Source: a virus (Duplodnaviria > Heunggongvirae > Uroviricota > Caudoviricetes). From it: a stretch of 64,000 nucleotides of DNA. The position numbers and the translations under genes were made by a program. This document shows, piece by piece, positions 29,159 through 41,937 of the stretch (its first letter is position 1; each line of letters starts with the position of its first letter). The stretch lies in IMG/VR virus record IMGVR_UViG_2648501802_000002, one strand, 5' to 3'. Under the pieces are notes generated by a model that saw only the letters and a list, made by a program, of their open reading frames with translations, made no database searches and had not been told where the DNA came from.

Positions 29159-32100
29159 AAGAACTGTGCTATGGATCTGTTTGCAGTGGAATTGAAGCCG
29201 CGAGTATTGCCTGGGAACCGTTGGGTATGCGTCCGGCGTGGTTTGCTGAAATAGAGCCTTTTCCATCTGCCGTTCTTGCGCACCGCTGGCCCCATGTCGC
29301 CAACCTTGGCGACATGACAAAACTCGCCCAAAAAGTCCAGGCTGGAGAAATTGAAGCCCCTGATGTGCTGGTGGGAGGGACACCATGTTTTACCGCGGGG
29401 CATATGGTTCTTTGTAAAAATGGTTATAAACCAATAGAAGATGTTTGCCCTGGCGATTACGTAGTCAGTCATCTCGGGCGGTTACAACAAGTAAAAAGAG
29501 TTGGTTCAAAAATAGCTAATACGGGGTTACTTAATGCCGTTGGGCAGCCTTTAGGTATAAGAACAACCAATGACCATCCCTTCCTGGCGGTTCGGTGGAA
29601 AGCCCAAAACACCCGGAAAAATGGCACATATTTTAAGAGAGAGTTGTTGTCTGAACCGGAATGGCGAGCAGCATGTGATATGCCGGGATATCAATGGTGT
29701 GCTCTAACTAATTTCAATATTGCATCTCCAGATATTTGTTCTCGGTTCTTGTCTGAAGAACAGGCTATGTATCTTGCGGGCGCTTATGTTGGCGATGGAT
29801 ATATTAGGAGATGGAAAGGTAAATCTAAGAAGGCGGTTGTTTTTGGCATAAATTGCCAGAAGTTGAGAAAGTTTCATTGCCGCATACCAGAAAACATATT
29901 TTCCGTGGCAAGCGAAATCCGAGGGAGCATCAAAGTAACCTTGAATGATACGTGTTATGCCAATTGGCTTAATGAACATTTTGGCGAGTTAAGCCATGCT
30001 AAGCGTATCCCTGCATGGGTGATGTCGCATCCATTGCGTCATGTGTTTTTACAAGGCTATCTTGATACTGATGGGACACCAAGTGGTAAAGCGGGATTTA
30101 GAATTAATAGTGTTAGTCCTGCGCTTGCTTGGGGCGTTGCGGAGTTGTCACAGACTTGTGGTTATGTTTCTTCGGTCAGCTTTATTGAAGTTGAGCCCAA
30201 AAAAGTGATTGAGGATCGCGTGGTAAATCAACGGAATTATTATCAGGTAACAATCTGCCCGCAGAAATTGTCACGTAAATCAAGATTGGCTCATGGAATG
30301 CTTTTACGAACAGTCAAAGAGTTTAAATCGGTAGGCCTAGATACTGTATACAACATAGAAGTCGAAGGTGATCATTCCTATATCCTCAATGGTGCGGTGG
30401 TCCATAACTGTCAGGCATTCAGTATCGCTGGATTACGTGGTGGGCTTGATGATGAGCGTGGCGCGCTAACTTTAAAGTATGTGGAGCTTGCAAATGCAAT
30501 TGACGACAAACGGGCTGAGTCATTTCTCAAACCATCCGTTATCGTCTGGGAAAATGTCCCAGGAGTCTTGTCATCGGCAGATAACGCCTTCGGATGTTTC
30601 CTTGCCGGATTGGCTGGAGAAGATGCGCCATTTGAACCAGGTGATCGACCTGAATCAGGAAAAAGTAACGCGTTCTGGCGGTGGGATGTCAAAACCGGTT
30701 GCCATGCTCCAAAGTGGCCGCAGTGTGGTTGTATTTATGGACCGCAGCGAAAAGTGGCCTGGAGAATCCTTGATGCCCAATACTTCGGAGTGGCACAACG
30801 ACGCCGACGCGTGTTTGTTGTCGCAAGTGCTCGAACAGACCTCGATCCCGCAACGGTACTTTTTGAGTTCGAAGGCGTGCGCCGGAATATTGCGCCGAGC
30901 CGAAAAAAGAAGGAAATCACTTCCGCCATTATTGCAAATGGCGCTGCAATCAGTGGCGAAAGCCTAAATCCATGCCTACACGCTGACATGCCACCCGGTA
31001 TGAAATCGACGAAAGCCGTAAACGCTTTCAGGATGGCAGCATTTGGGGAATATATTGACGATGAAACCGCATCGACAGTAAAGGCAAGAGATTTTAAAGA
31101 TGCCACTGACCTTGCCGTTTTTAGCAGCACAGGAGCAGGTTTTTGGTCAGAAGGGCATGGTACATTGCGGGCACGTGAGCAAGAAAGCCATGAGCATCTT
31201 GTTACATTGGCTTTTCCTGAGCGTATGAGCGGTACACAACATGCTGCAACTAAGAATACTTCACCATCTCTAATGGCTAAAAATCCAACAGCTGTTTGCT
31301 ATGAAGTAAGAAACGCAGAAGTAGCTGTCCGCCGTCTTACCCCTGTCGAATGTGAAAGGCTGCAAGGTTTTCCTGATGGGCATACGTTGATCCCGACGGA
31401 AAAGCGTAAAAAAGTTAATTCAGATGAACTGGCATATCTTCGCAATCACTATCCAGATTTAAGCGAAGAAGAGGCCGCGATGCTTGCAGCTGACGGGCCG
31501 CGTTACAAAGCGATCGGCAATAGTATGGCAATACCAGTAATGCGCTGGATTGGCGATCGGATTACTAAGGCCGTATGTCGGCAGAAAGAAGGAAGTGAAA
31601 CAAAAGAGCGAAAAGTTAAACCAGCGGCAGAATTCGAACGGTCCATATTCAAATGGGCTGGTGGAAAATTTGGTGTTCTGGAACAAATCTTTCGCTATTT
31701 GCCAGAAGGGAAGCGCCTGATTGAACCTTTCGTTGGTGGCGGAGCTGTCTTCATGAATGCCGGATACCAGGAAAATCTGCTAAATGATGTGAATGCTGAC
31801 CTGATTAACTTTTACAAGACTCTGCAACGCGAGGCGCATTCACTTATCACTCTGGCACATCGTTTCTTCCAGGACTACAACACACAGGAAGGATACCTGG
31901 CAGTACGGAATGCGTTTAACAAACAAGTCTATGATGATTTACATCGCGCAGCGGCGTTTTTGTTCCTGAACCGACATTGTTTTAACGGATTGACGCGTTA
32001 CAACCAGGCCGGTGAGTTCAATGTCGGTTATGGGAAGTATAAAACTCCGTATTTCCCATTGCAGGAGATGGAAGCCTTCCTTGGTGCGGAAGGGCGTTCT

Positions 32101-32442
32101 GAGTTTGTATGTGGTGATTTTGCTGCGGTGATTGAAGCTGCCGGAGAAGGAGATGTCATCTTTTGCGATCCGCCGTATGAACCGCTCCCAAATACAGAGG
32201 GATTCACGAACTATTCCGGTCATGACTTTAAGTTTGAAGAGCAAAAACGCCTGGTGTCTCTGTTGACGGATGCTCATCGCCGAGGTGCAAAGGTTCTAAT
32301 TACTAACAGTGGCGCGCCAAATATCAGAGAGCTTTATCATGACAGTGGCTTCAGAGTGGAACCTCTTTTTGCCAGACGTTCTGTGTCTTGTAAGGGGGAT
32401 ACTCGAGGTGTAGCTCATGACGTTTTAGGTATATTGCTCTAA
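29155..32442 (+). CDS. dmt: Bifunctional DNA methyltransferase Dmt (N-terminal Dcm-like C5 domain interrupted by an intein; C-terminal Dam-like N6-adenine domain)
   Basis: C5 motifs: GGTP|CQAFSIAG (IV, split by intein), ENVPGVL (VI), QRRRR (VIII), GNSMAIPV (X); Dam motifs FKWAGGK and DPPY; GTG start with GGAGAGG RBS. Confidence 0.85.
29386..30408 (+). mobile_element. Intein (341 aa) with LAGLIDADG homing endonuclease, inserted before the catalytic Cys of MTase motif IV
   Basis: Block [14 protein letters not shown]...GDYV; block B TTNDHPF; LAGLIDADG motifs [11 protein letters not shown] and [10 protein letters not shown]; blocks [23 protein letters not shown] then +1 Cys. Confidence 0.9.
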
Positions 32443-32449
32443 TAAATTT
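32433..32449 (+). promoter_or_regulatory. C1 operator (perfect consensus) overlapping dmt stop
   Basis: attgctctaataaattt 17/17; TAATAT -10-like element follows. Confidence 0.7.
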
Positions 32450-32828
32450 ATTAGTGTAATATCGCCTCAATGAATCGTGATTTATAGAGCGATTTAGCTG
32501 TTAGCCGCGACAGGCGCGGCGGCAAGTATGGCGGGGTAGTGACTCCTTCCCCATCATGACGCCGAGTTGCCAGGTTGACCATACGCCTAAGTGGCAACAC
32601 CGAAGTGCGTTACGAGCTTCCAGTTTGCCCATCTTCGGGTGGGCGTTTTTTTCAGGGTTTTCGTCATGGTTAGCGACTTTGCGGCGGTTTAGAAACTGAC
32701 CATTAAAGTAAATGCAAACGATGATCTGATGATGGTAGCGGCCTAAGAAGCCAGACGCCACGGGGTATGAGTCGTCCCCCGTCAAAAAATCGACCGCAGA
32801 GTGTCCCCGTCTGTGTATTAGGGAACGG

Positions 32829-32909
32829 GGAGGCACAACAGGTAAGGGCGCTGGTTCGATTAACCAGATGAGCGAGAAGGGGCCATCTTTTTGGTCAGCG
32901 TCCTTACCT
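32829..32909 (+). other. Structured hairpin element, copy 1
   Basis: Long stem aacaggtaagg/ccttacctgtt enclosing about 55 nt with internal ctggttcgattaaccag hairpin. Confidence 0.4.
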
Positions 32910-33118
32910 GTTACGTCCTTTTTCATTCGGCGTAACAGCAATTGCTTTTAGCAATTTAGGAATAACGTCTTGCTACGGGTATATCCCGTCATGCTGAAGG
33001 CGCTAATCACGCTGGAAGCCAGGGTTATGCATCCCCTGTTACCGAATTGCAGCCAGGGCGCGGTGCGCCGAAAAGCATACGGAGGTGGAAGCCCTCGCCG
33101 GAGACGTACCCGGCAAGT

Positions 33119-33194
33119 GATGGTGTAGCTCAGCGGTTAGAGCGGTTGACTGTTAATCAACGGGTCGATGGTTCAAATCCATCCACCATCGCCA
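33119..33194 (+). tRNA. tRNA-Asn (anticodon GTT)
   Basis: Cloverleaf: acceptor GATGGTG/CACCATC, anticodon loop CTGTTAA, T-loop TTCAAAT, 3' CCA. Confidence 0.9.
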
Positions 33195-33196
33195 AT

Positions 33197-33272
33197 GCCG
33201 GTTTAGCTCAGTTGGTAGAGCGCCTGCCTTGTAAGCAGGATGTCAGCGGTTCGAGTCCGTTAATCGGCACCA
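33197..33272 (+). tRNA. tRNA-Thr (anticodon TGT)
   Basis: Acceptor GCCGGTT, D-arm GCTCAGTTGGTAGAGC, anticodon loop CTTGTAA, T-loop TTCGAGT, 3' CCA. Confidence 0.9.
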
Positions 33273-33275
33273 GCA

Positions 33276-33358
33276 CAACAGGTAAGGGTATTTTGCGACG
33301 TCGGAGATCGCCGAGCTTGGCAGAGGGTTCGAATCCCTACGAAGTACCCTTACCGTTG
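33276..33358 (+). other. Structured hairpin element, copy 2 (tRNA-like interior)
   Basis: Stem caacaggtaagggta/tacccttaccgttg enclosing GGTTCGAATCC T-loop-like motif; not a canonical cloverleaf. Confidence 0.4.
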
Positions 33359-33746
33359 TGAGGAAGCGCAGCTCTTTGAAGCAACCAGAAGATAAGCATC
33401 TGGCTTCACAACATAAACCGCAGGAACGACCAATAAACGGTAGTCCGTATGGAGAACACCCCGTTGAGGAAGAGGCCTGGCCGGAACCGTAACCGGCACT
33501 ACAACGTTGAGAACACTGGCGTAACGGGGTCATATCCCAATCTATGAATAAATGTTGCGTTGCCGCGTGACAACCAGTGTTCTCAACATTGTGGTGAATG
33601 CGTGTTGCTGGCGCGCAAGTCCGCCCGATGGCAACGAGGCGGCGTAGTAAATATCGATGCCTCAGTCATCAAGCGCACTGACCGGCCTTATGGGCTATGA
33701 AAAAAAGAGGCGCAGTCGGAGATCAGCACCGACCACCACAATCACT

Positions 33747-33833
33747 GGAGAGTAGGGAGCATGGTGCTCAAGCGGTCTTGAAAGCCGTCCCGTTGCGCAA
33801 GCGATGATGGTTCGATTCCATTACTCTCCGCCA
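33747..33833 (+). tRNA. Type-II tRNA-like gene, putative tRNA-Ser (anticodon TGA), non-canonical D-arm
   Basis: Perfect 7-bp acceptor GGAGAGT/ACTCTCC, discriminator G plus CCA, T-arm GATGG-TTCGATT-CCATT, anticodon loop CTTGAAA, 17-nt variable arm; D-loop only about 5 nt. Confidence 0.5.
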
Positions 33834-34096
33834 TCGCAACGTTAAGAGTATTTGGCTAATTAAGCGAATGCCGGAAGCAGAACCGGATCACCAAATGCGT
33901 ACAGGCGTCATCGCCGCTCAGTCAGCCAAATGCTCTTACCATTGCGGTGAATGCGGCTAAGCGCACGCGGGGAAATGGTTATATCAGTCCATTCATTTCT
34001 CCTTGTTTCCCCGTCCACGGTGGATAACCAGCCAAAGGACACCGGGAGGCACCCGGCACCGCAACCTTATTTCCCAACCAGTAATGAGGTTAATAA

Positions 34097-34522
34097 ATGC
34101 TCGGCATTCTCAAAAAGAAATTCCGCAAAGCGGCTGGCGGAGTCAAGAAGATGGAAAACCGTGATGCGGTGGAAGCGACCGTCTGGGGCGCATATTCCAT
34201 TGCATACTCTGACGGCACCTGCGATGCGAAAGAAATTGCAGTATTGGAAAAAACCATTGCAGCACTTCCTGCCTTTGCGCCCTTCTCCGGTGAAATTGCC
34301 CAGATGAGCGCCAATATTCGCGCTCAATATGAAGCCTCGCCGCGCCGAGCTAATGCCCAGGCTTTACGTGAGCTGGCTGATGTGTCCGGGACTAATGATG
34401 CGGTAGATGTTCTGTGCCTATGCATTGATATTGCTGACCAGGATGGCATTGGGGCTGAAGAGCAGGAGCAATTGAAGAAAATTGCCCAGGCTCTTCAATT
34501 GCCACTGGAACAGTATGTCTGA
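34097..34522 (+). CDS. tciA: TerB-like protein (P1 TciA-like)
   Basis: 141 aa with TerB-like repeats; GAGG RBS. Confidence 0.55.
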   Translation: MLGILKKKFRKAAGGVKKMENRDAVEATVWGAYSIAYSDGTCDAKEIAVLEKTIAALPAFAPFSGEIAQMSANIRAQYEASPRRANAQALRELADVSGTNDAVDVLCLCIDIADQDGIGAEEQEQLKKIAQALQLPLEQYV

Positions 34523-34686
34523 TGGTTATAAAAGCACGTTTAATTCTGGCTTTGGTCTTTCTCGTGCTATCTGTGCTGGTGGATTTCACCAGCACAATCC
34601 TGTCAGTTTTATCGGACGGGGCGTTGGTGGCAGTAGCTGTAACATTGGTATGGCCGATATTTAAAACAGTCTCGAAGGATCAGTGA
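34522..34686 (+). CDS. Small membrane protein, 54 aa, translationally coupled (TGATG) to tciA
   Basis: MVIKARLILALVFLVLSVLVDF...; start overlaps tciA stop. Confidence 0.4.
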   Translation: MVIKARLILALVFLVLSVLVDFTSTILSVLSDGALVAVAVTLVWPIFKTVSKDQ

Positions 34687-34793
34687 TGGGTTTCTGGGAT
34701 TTTGCAGATAAGTATCCAATTGTTCTCATTATCATTGTTGCCATAGTTGTAGGCGGTATTGTTAGCGCCATTGAAGCACTTAAGAAACAGTAA
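34686..34793 (+). CDS. Small membrane peptide, 35 aa, coupled to previous ORF
   Basis: MGFWDFADKYPIVLIIIVAIVVGGIVSAIEALKKQ; TGATG overlap. Confidence 0.35.
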   Translation: MGFWDFADKYPIVLIIIVAIVVGGIVSAIEALKKQ

Positions 34794-34796
34794 TCC

Positions 34797-34872
34797 GGCC
34801 CTTTAGCTCAGTGGTTAGAGCTGGCGACTCATAATCGCACGGTCACCGGTTCAAGTCCGGTAGGGGCCACCA
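34797..34872 (+). tRNA. tRNA-Ile2 (anticodon CAT, ileX-like)
   Basis: Near-identical architecture to E. coli tRNA-Ile2 (GGCCC(C)TTAGCTCAGTGGTTAGAGC...CTCATAA...), 3' CCA. Confidence 0.85.
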
Positions 34873-35153
34873 TATTTGGTTGTAACACGGCGTCTGGCAC
34901 ATGCGTCGTTAGCGGTCTGGTGACGTTAAAGGGGTTACCTTTTCCCCTAGCTCAGGCAACAAACCAGGTAGCCGGAATGTGCAAGCCCCGTTCATAGCGT
35001 CGGACTGCGGATTCACCATCTTGGCGATTCGGTGTGACAGCCGGGAAGAGTCCGGCGAATTAATCCTGATTTTCTGGTGATGACTCATATCGTTAGGAGT
35101 GATTTGAGTATGCCGATTATATCTGACATTCAGCACGCCTGGGTGGAGTGCTA

Positions 35154-36518
35154 ATGTCTGCATCCCCTCTTGAATCCATGCCAAATTCCCTTAGTGCAGA
35201 ACAAGCTGTACTTGGTGGCTTAATGCTTGATAACTGCCGCTGGGATGAAGTGGCAGATCGTATAGTTGCTGATGATTTTTATACCAATGCTCATCGTGAA
35301 ATTTTCAGTGAGATGGAGAGGTTATTAAGTCATGGCAAACCGATTGATTTGATAACACTTGCTGAAGCACTTGAACAGAACGGTAAATTAGAACGCGCCG
35401 GTGGTTTTGCGTACCTTGCGGAGATGTCAAAGAACACGCCCAGCGCGGCAAATATTTGTGCTTATGCGGATATCGTTCGTGAACGCGCGGTTGTTCGTGA
35501 AATGATTTCCGTCGCAAATGAAATAGCTGAAGCTGGATATGCGCAGGATGGCCGGGGCAGCAATGAATTGCTGGGTATGGCTGAACGCCGCGTTTTTGAA
35601 ATAGCTGAAAAACGACAAAAGAGCGGTAGTGGTCCAAAAGATATCGCCAGCATTCTCGATGCAACGGTATCTCGCATAGAAGAGTTGTTTCAGCGACCGC
35701 ATGATGGTGTAACGGGACTTGATACCGGATTTACCGATCTCAATAAGAAGACGGCAGGGCTTCAGTCGTCCGATCTCATCATTGTCGCCGCCCGCCCATC
35801 TATGGGGAAGACCACGTTTGCGATGAATCTCGTCGAAAATGCCGCAGTTCGTAACGATAAGCCCGTATTGGTTTTTAGCCTTGAGATGCCGAGCCACCAG
35901 CTGATGATGCGCTCACTGGCTTCTCTTGCACGCGTTGATCAGACTCGTATTCGAACAGGGCAACTTAACGACGAGGATTGGGCGCGGGTTTCTGGCGCAA
36001 TGGGTATTCTGTTGGACAAGCAGAATATTTTTATTGATGACTCAAGCGCCCTGACGCCGACAGAGCTACGTTCCCGCGCTCGTCGTGTTTATAAAGAAAA
36101 TGGTGGTTTGAGCATGATTATGATCGACTACCTGCAACTTATGCGCGTCCCGGAGCTGCAAGATAACCGAACGCTGGAAATTGCCGAGATTTCTCGCTCA
36201 CTGAAGGCGTTGGCGAAGGAATTACAAGTACCGGTGGTGGCATTGTCACAACTTAATCGATCGCTTGAACAGCGTGCGGACAAACGACCGGTAAATTCAG
36301 ATTTACGTGAATCAGGAGCAATTGAGCAGGACGCAGACCTGATCATGTTTTTGTATCGCGACGAAGTTTATCACCAGGATAGCGAAATGAAGGGCATTGC
36401 CGAGGTAATTATCGGAAAGCAACGAAATGGCCCAATTGGCACGGTGAGATTGGCTTTTAACGGCCAATACTCACGGTTTGATAACTATGCTGGTGCTGAC
36501 TGGCAAGAGGATTATTAA
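35154..36518 (+). CDS. ban: Replicative DNA helicase (DnaB analogue Ban)
   Basis: DnaB family: Walker A ARPSMGKTTFAMN, full-length collinearity; ATG 35154 with GGAG RBS. Confidence 0.9.
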   Translation: MSASPLESMPNSLSAEQAVLGGLMLDNCRWDEVADRIVADDFYTNAHREIFSEMERLLSHGKPIDLITLAEALEQNGKLERAGGFAYLAEMSKNTPSAANICAYADIVRERAVVREMISVANEIAEAGYAQDGRGSNELLGMAERRVFEIAEKRQKSGSGPKDIASILDATVSRIEELFQRPHDGVTGLDTGFTDLNKKTAGLQSSDLIIVAARPSMGKTTFAMNLVENAAVRNDKPVLVFSLEMPSHQLMMRSLASLARVDQTRIRTGQLNDEDWARVSGAMGILLDKQNIFIDDSSALTPTELRSRARRVYKENGGLSMIMIDYLQLMRVPELQDNRTLEIAEISRSLKALAKELQVPVVALSQLNRSLEQRADKRPVNSDLRESGAIEQDADLIMFLYRDEVYHQDSEMKGIAEVIIGKQRNGPIGTVRLAFNGQYSRFDNYAGADWQEDY

Positions 36519-37516
36519 TGCAATGGAATGAGGAAAAGCCGATGAACATCCTGATCATTGGGCGAAAATTTGAAGCTATCAGTGATGTGAAAACATATAC
36601 GGAAATGTGGGCTTACAACCTGGCCTGCGCCTTTAGTGAGGCAGGGGTAACATTGCAATACCATCGTCCATATTCCCCCGGCGTCGAAAGCCCGGAGGAT
36701 TATGTTGAAGCTGTGTTGACCGCTGCGACCTCGTGTTCTGCGAAAGCCATTTTAGCGCCAGGATTGCGGTATTTTACTACGGTGCCCAGGGAAATAGGCG
36801 TGCAACTGCGTCGTCGATTCACTGGATGGGTAGCCCAGGTATACGACGGTTCTATGCTGGATTCGGCACCAGTCGATATTACTTTTACTGTCCGCGATGA
36901 TACCTGGCGGTACCTGGATAATCCAGGCAGGTTAGAGCGTCATAATCGCTTTAACAAACATGTTGGATGGGCAGCGAATCAGGATCTGTTCCATCTGGAA
37001 ACCAAAACAGACGATGTTCTGCGTATTTTTGTAGACCACGCTGCATTTGATGTTAGTGGGTTTGATCACTCCTTAAGTATCCTTATGAACCTTCAGCGTC
37101 TGACCGTTCCATATGAGGCCAGAACGTTGACCGATGACGGATTGATTACCATTGATCCGGGGAATATATCGGTAACCCCATACAGACGGACGCCGGTACC
37201 AGCAACCGAATTTGCAGCTGAATTGCGTAAGAGTGACGTGTTTATCGTTACGCATCCCGAAAGCCTTGGATTAACTGTACTTGAGGCGGCAATGTGCGGG
37301 GCGTTGGTATTAACGCCTCCCGATTGCCTTCCGCCAGATCGCTTGGCTTTGGTGAACCATATGGTTATCAAGTCGCGGATTGATTGGGATGAGGTTATTG
37401 CTCGCGTTGATCGCGTGAAAAATGCTGAAAAGGTCCAGTGTCACACCTGGTCGGCAATTGCGGAAAAGATGCTTGAGACGTTTATCACGCAGAAACCGTC
37501 GTGCGGTAACGGATAA
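36518..37516 (+). CDS. Putative GT4-family glycosyltransferase
   Basis: E-x7-E motif (HPESLGLTVLEAAMCG); TAATG coupling to ban stop (alternative start 36542). Confidence 0.5.
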   Translation: MQWNEEKPMNILIIGRKFEAISDVKTYTEMWAYNLACAFSEAGVTLQYHRPYSPGVESPEDYVEAVLTAATSCSAKAILAPGLRYFTTVPREIGVQLRRRFTGWVAQVYDGSMLDSAPVDITFTVRDDTWRYLDNPGRLERHNRFNKHVGWAANQDLFHLETKTDDVLRIFVDHAAFDVSGFDHSLSILMNLQRLTVPYEARTLTDDGLITIDPGNISVTPYRRTPVPATEFAAELRKSDVFIVTHPESLGLTVLEAAMCGALVLTPPDCLPPDRLALVNHMVIKSRIDWDEVIARVDRVKNAEKVQCHTWSAIAEKMLETFITQKPSCGNG

Positions 37517-37562
37517 AAAATTGAACCCGTCATAACAGAAAAGCCCGAACGCCGGGCTTTTC

Positions 37563-40710
<3,148 letters not shown>

Positions 40711-41928
40711 TTATCCTTTCCGTTTACGGGCTTCGTTAATTTGTGTCTCAAGAATGCTTCGCGCCTGCGCGGTGGCAGCGGCCTTGTCCATTCCCTGACT
40801 CATGAAAAACTTTATGAGGTTGTTCGCCTGCGTTTGCAGGGCTTTTTTGAGAGCGTCGGCTTCAGCGCGAGCCTGGGCTTCCCTCACCCGCGAGGCTTTT
40901 AGTTCGGCATTCTTCCTGTTTGCCGTGGTGCGAGCTTTTTTTAACAACCGGCGAACGTTGTCCGTGGCGCTATCTTTGGCGCGTAGTTTTTTGCCTAATG
41001 CATCCTGAGATTTCAGATATAACTCATACTCACGCGCCGCTTTAGCCTGATCCGTCGTTGTTGTCCGGTTGCGCGCGAGCGATTTAGCCAGTTCGCCTTT
41101 GAAATAGGTTGTTGTCTTCCGCTTGTCATCGCCGAAGGCTACCTGTTCAGCTGCTTTTTCCAGGGCAATAATGATGGCCTTGTGCCATGTGGGAGACTGA
41201 AAACGCGTCATAGCGTGCAACACATGTTTGCAGGCTACACCAGTCAGATCAGGGTTGCGGATCTTGGGGAATGCATACTCTTTTGGCGGCGCGACAGCAT
41301 AGTTACCAGCAGTGGCCATATAACGATACCAGTATTGATGGCGTCCACAATCACAGTCGAAAGATACCCGGCCCTTGCAGAGATCGGCAGCGATTCGGGC
41401 TTTTTTCGCACCGTCTTCAGCAATTTCCTCAACGGCTTTATCCCATTCCTCAAATCGAATTCTGACACGGTGATGCTGGTGGACCGACTCATCCGAGGCA
41501 TTAACAGATATCAATGCAAGGTTGTGTTTTAGCCCGAGGAATGTCGCGGCTTTGATCCCTGTGCCATCAGAAACCTTGTTGTTAGCGCGTTTTATATCAA
41601 TGCTGGTGGACTGCGCCACCAGCTGAGCATAGGTAATGCCGGGTACCGTGCTCTTGAATTTGGTTTTATGAGCCTGCCTTGAGGTGTTGAAACTGCGTAT
41701 ATCTTCGGGCGTAAAGTAGGTGCCATCTTTCTTTTTCCCAAGGCTGAGGAATGCCTCAAGTTCGCGGTTACGCATCCCCATAATCCTTGGGGTGAGTGTA
41801 CGTCGCGCGTTTCGCCGATTCTGACGCTGCTGTTTACGGATAAGATCGAAGACCTTGTTAAAGTCTTTTGCACTTAATCCATCAGTCTGATAGGGACCAA
41901 GGTTGTCGCGAGCATATTCAGTTGGCAT
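40711..41928 (-). CDS. Hypothetical protein with SWIM-type zinc-finger motif
   Basis: CDCGRHQYWYRY...TGVACKHVLHAM (CxC...CxH); Lys/Arg-rich coiled-coil C-terminus. Confidence 0.5.
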   Translation of the reverse strand: MPTEYARDNLGPYQTDGLSAKDFNKVFDLIRKQQRQNRRNARRTLTPRIMGMRNRELEAFLSLGKKKDGTYFTPEDIRSFNTSRQAHKTKFKSTVPGITYAQLVAQSTSIDIKRANNKVSDGTGIKAATFLGLKHNLALISVNASDESVHQHHRVRIRFEEWDKAVEEIAEDGAKKARIAADLCKGRVSFDCDCGRHQYWYRYMATAGNYAVAPPKEYAFPKIRNPDLTGVACKHVLHAMTRFQSPTWHKAIIIALEKAAEQVAFGDDKRKTTTYFKGELAKSLARNRTTTTDQAKAAREYELYLKSQDALGKKLRAKDSATDNVRRLLKKARTTANRKNAELKASRVREAQARAEADALKKALQTQANNLIKFFMSQGMDKAAATAQARSILETQINEARKRKG

Positions 41929-41937
41929 TCATTTCCC

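Noticed and set aside
33276-33358. Calling the hairpin element after tRNA-Thr a fourth canonical tRNA
   Set aside because: A T-arm-like motif is present but no consistent acceptor, D and anticodon arm assignment could be made; kept as a structured element.
32501-33533. ORFs 32501..32941 (-), 33047..33361 (+) and 33243..33533 (-) in the tRNA region
   Set aside because: Overlap tRNA genes and structured non-coding RNA elements; no RBS and implausible composition.
33951-34327. ORFs 33951..34307 (+) and 34067..34327 (-) overlapping tciA
   Set aside because: Alternative or antisense frames of the tciA region without start signals.
34482-34664. 60-aa ORF overlapping the tciA 3' end
   Set aside because: The same interval is better explained by two in-frame, stop-start coupled small membrane ORFs (34522..34686, 34686..34793).
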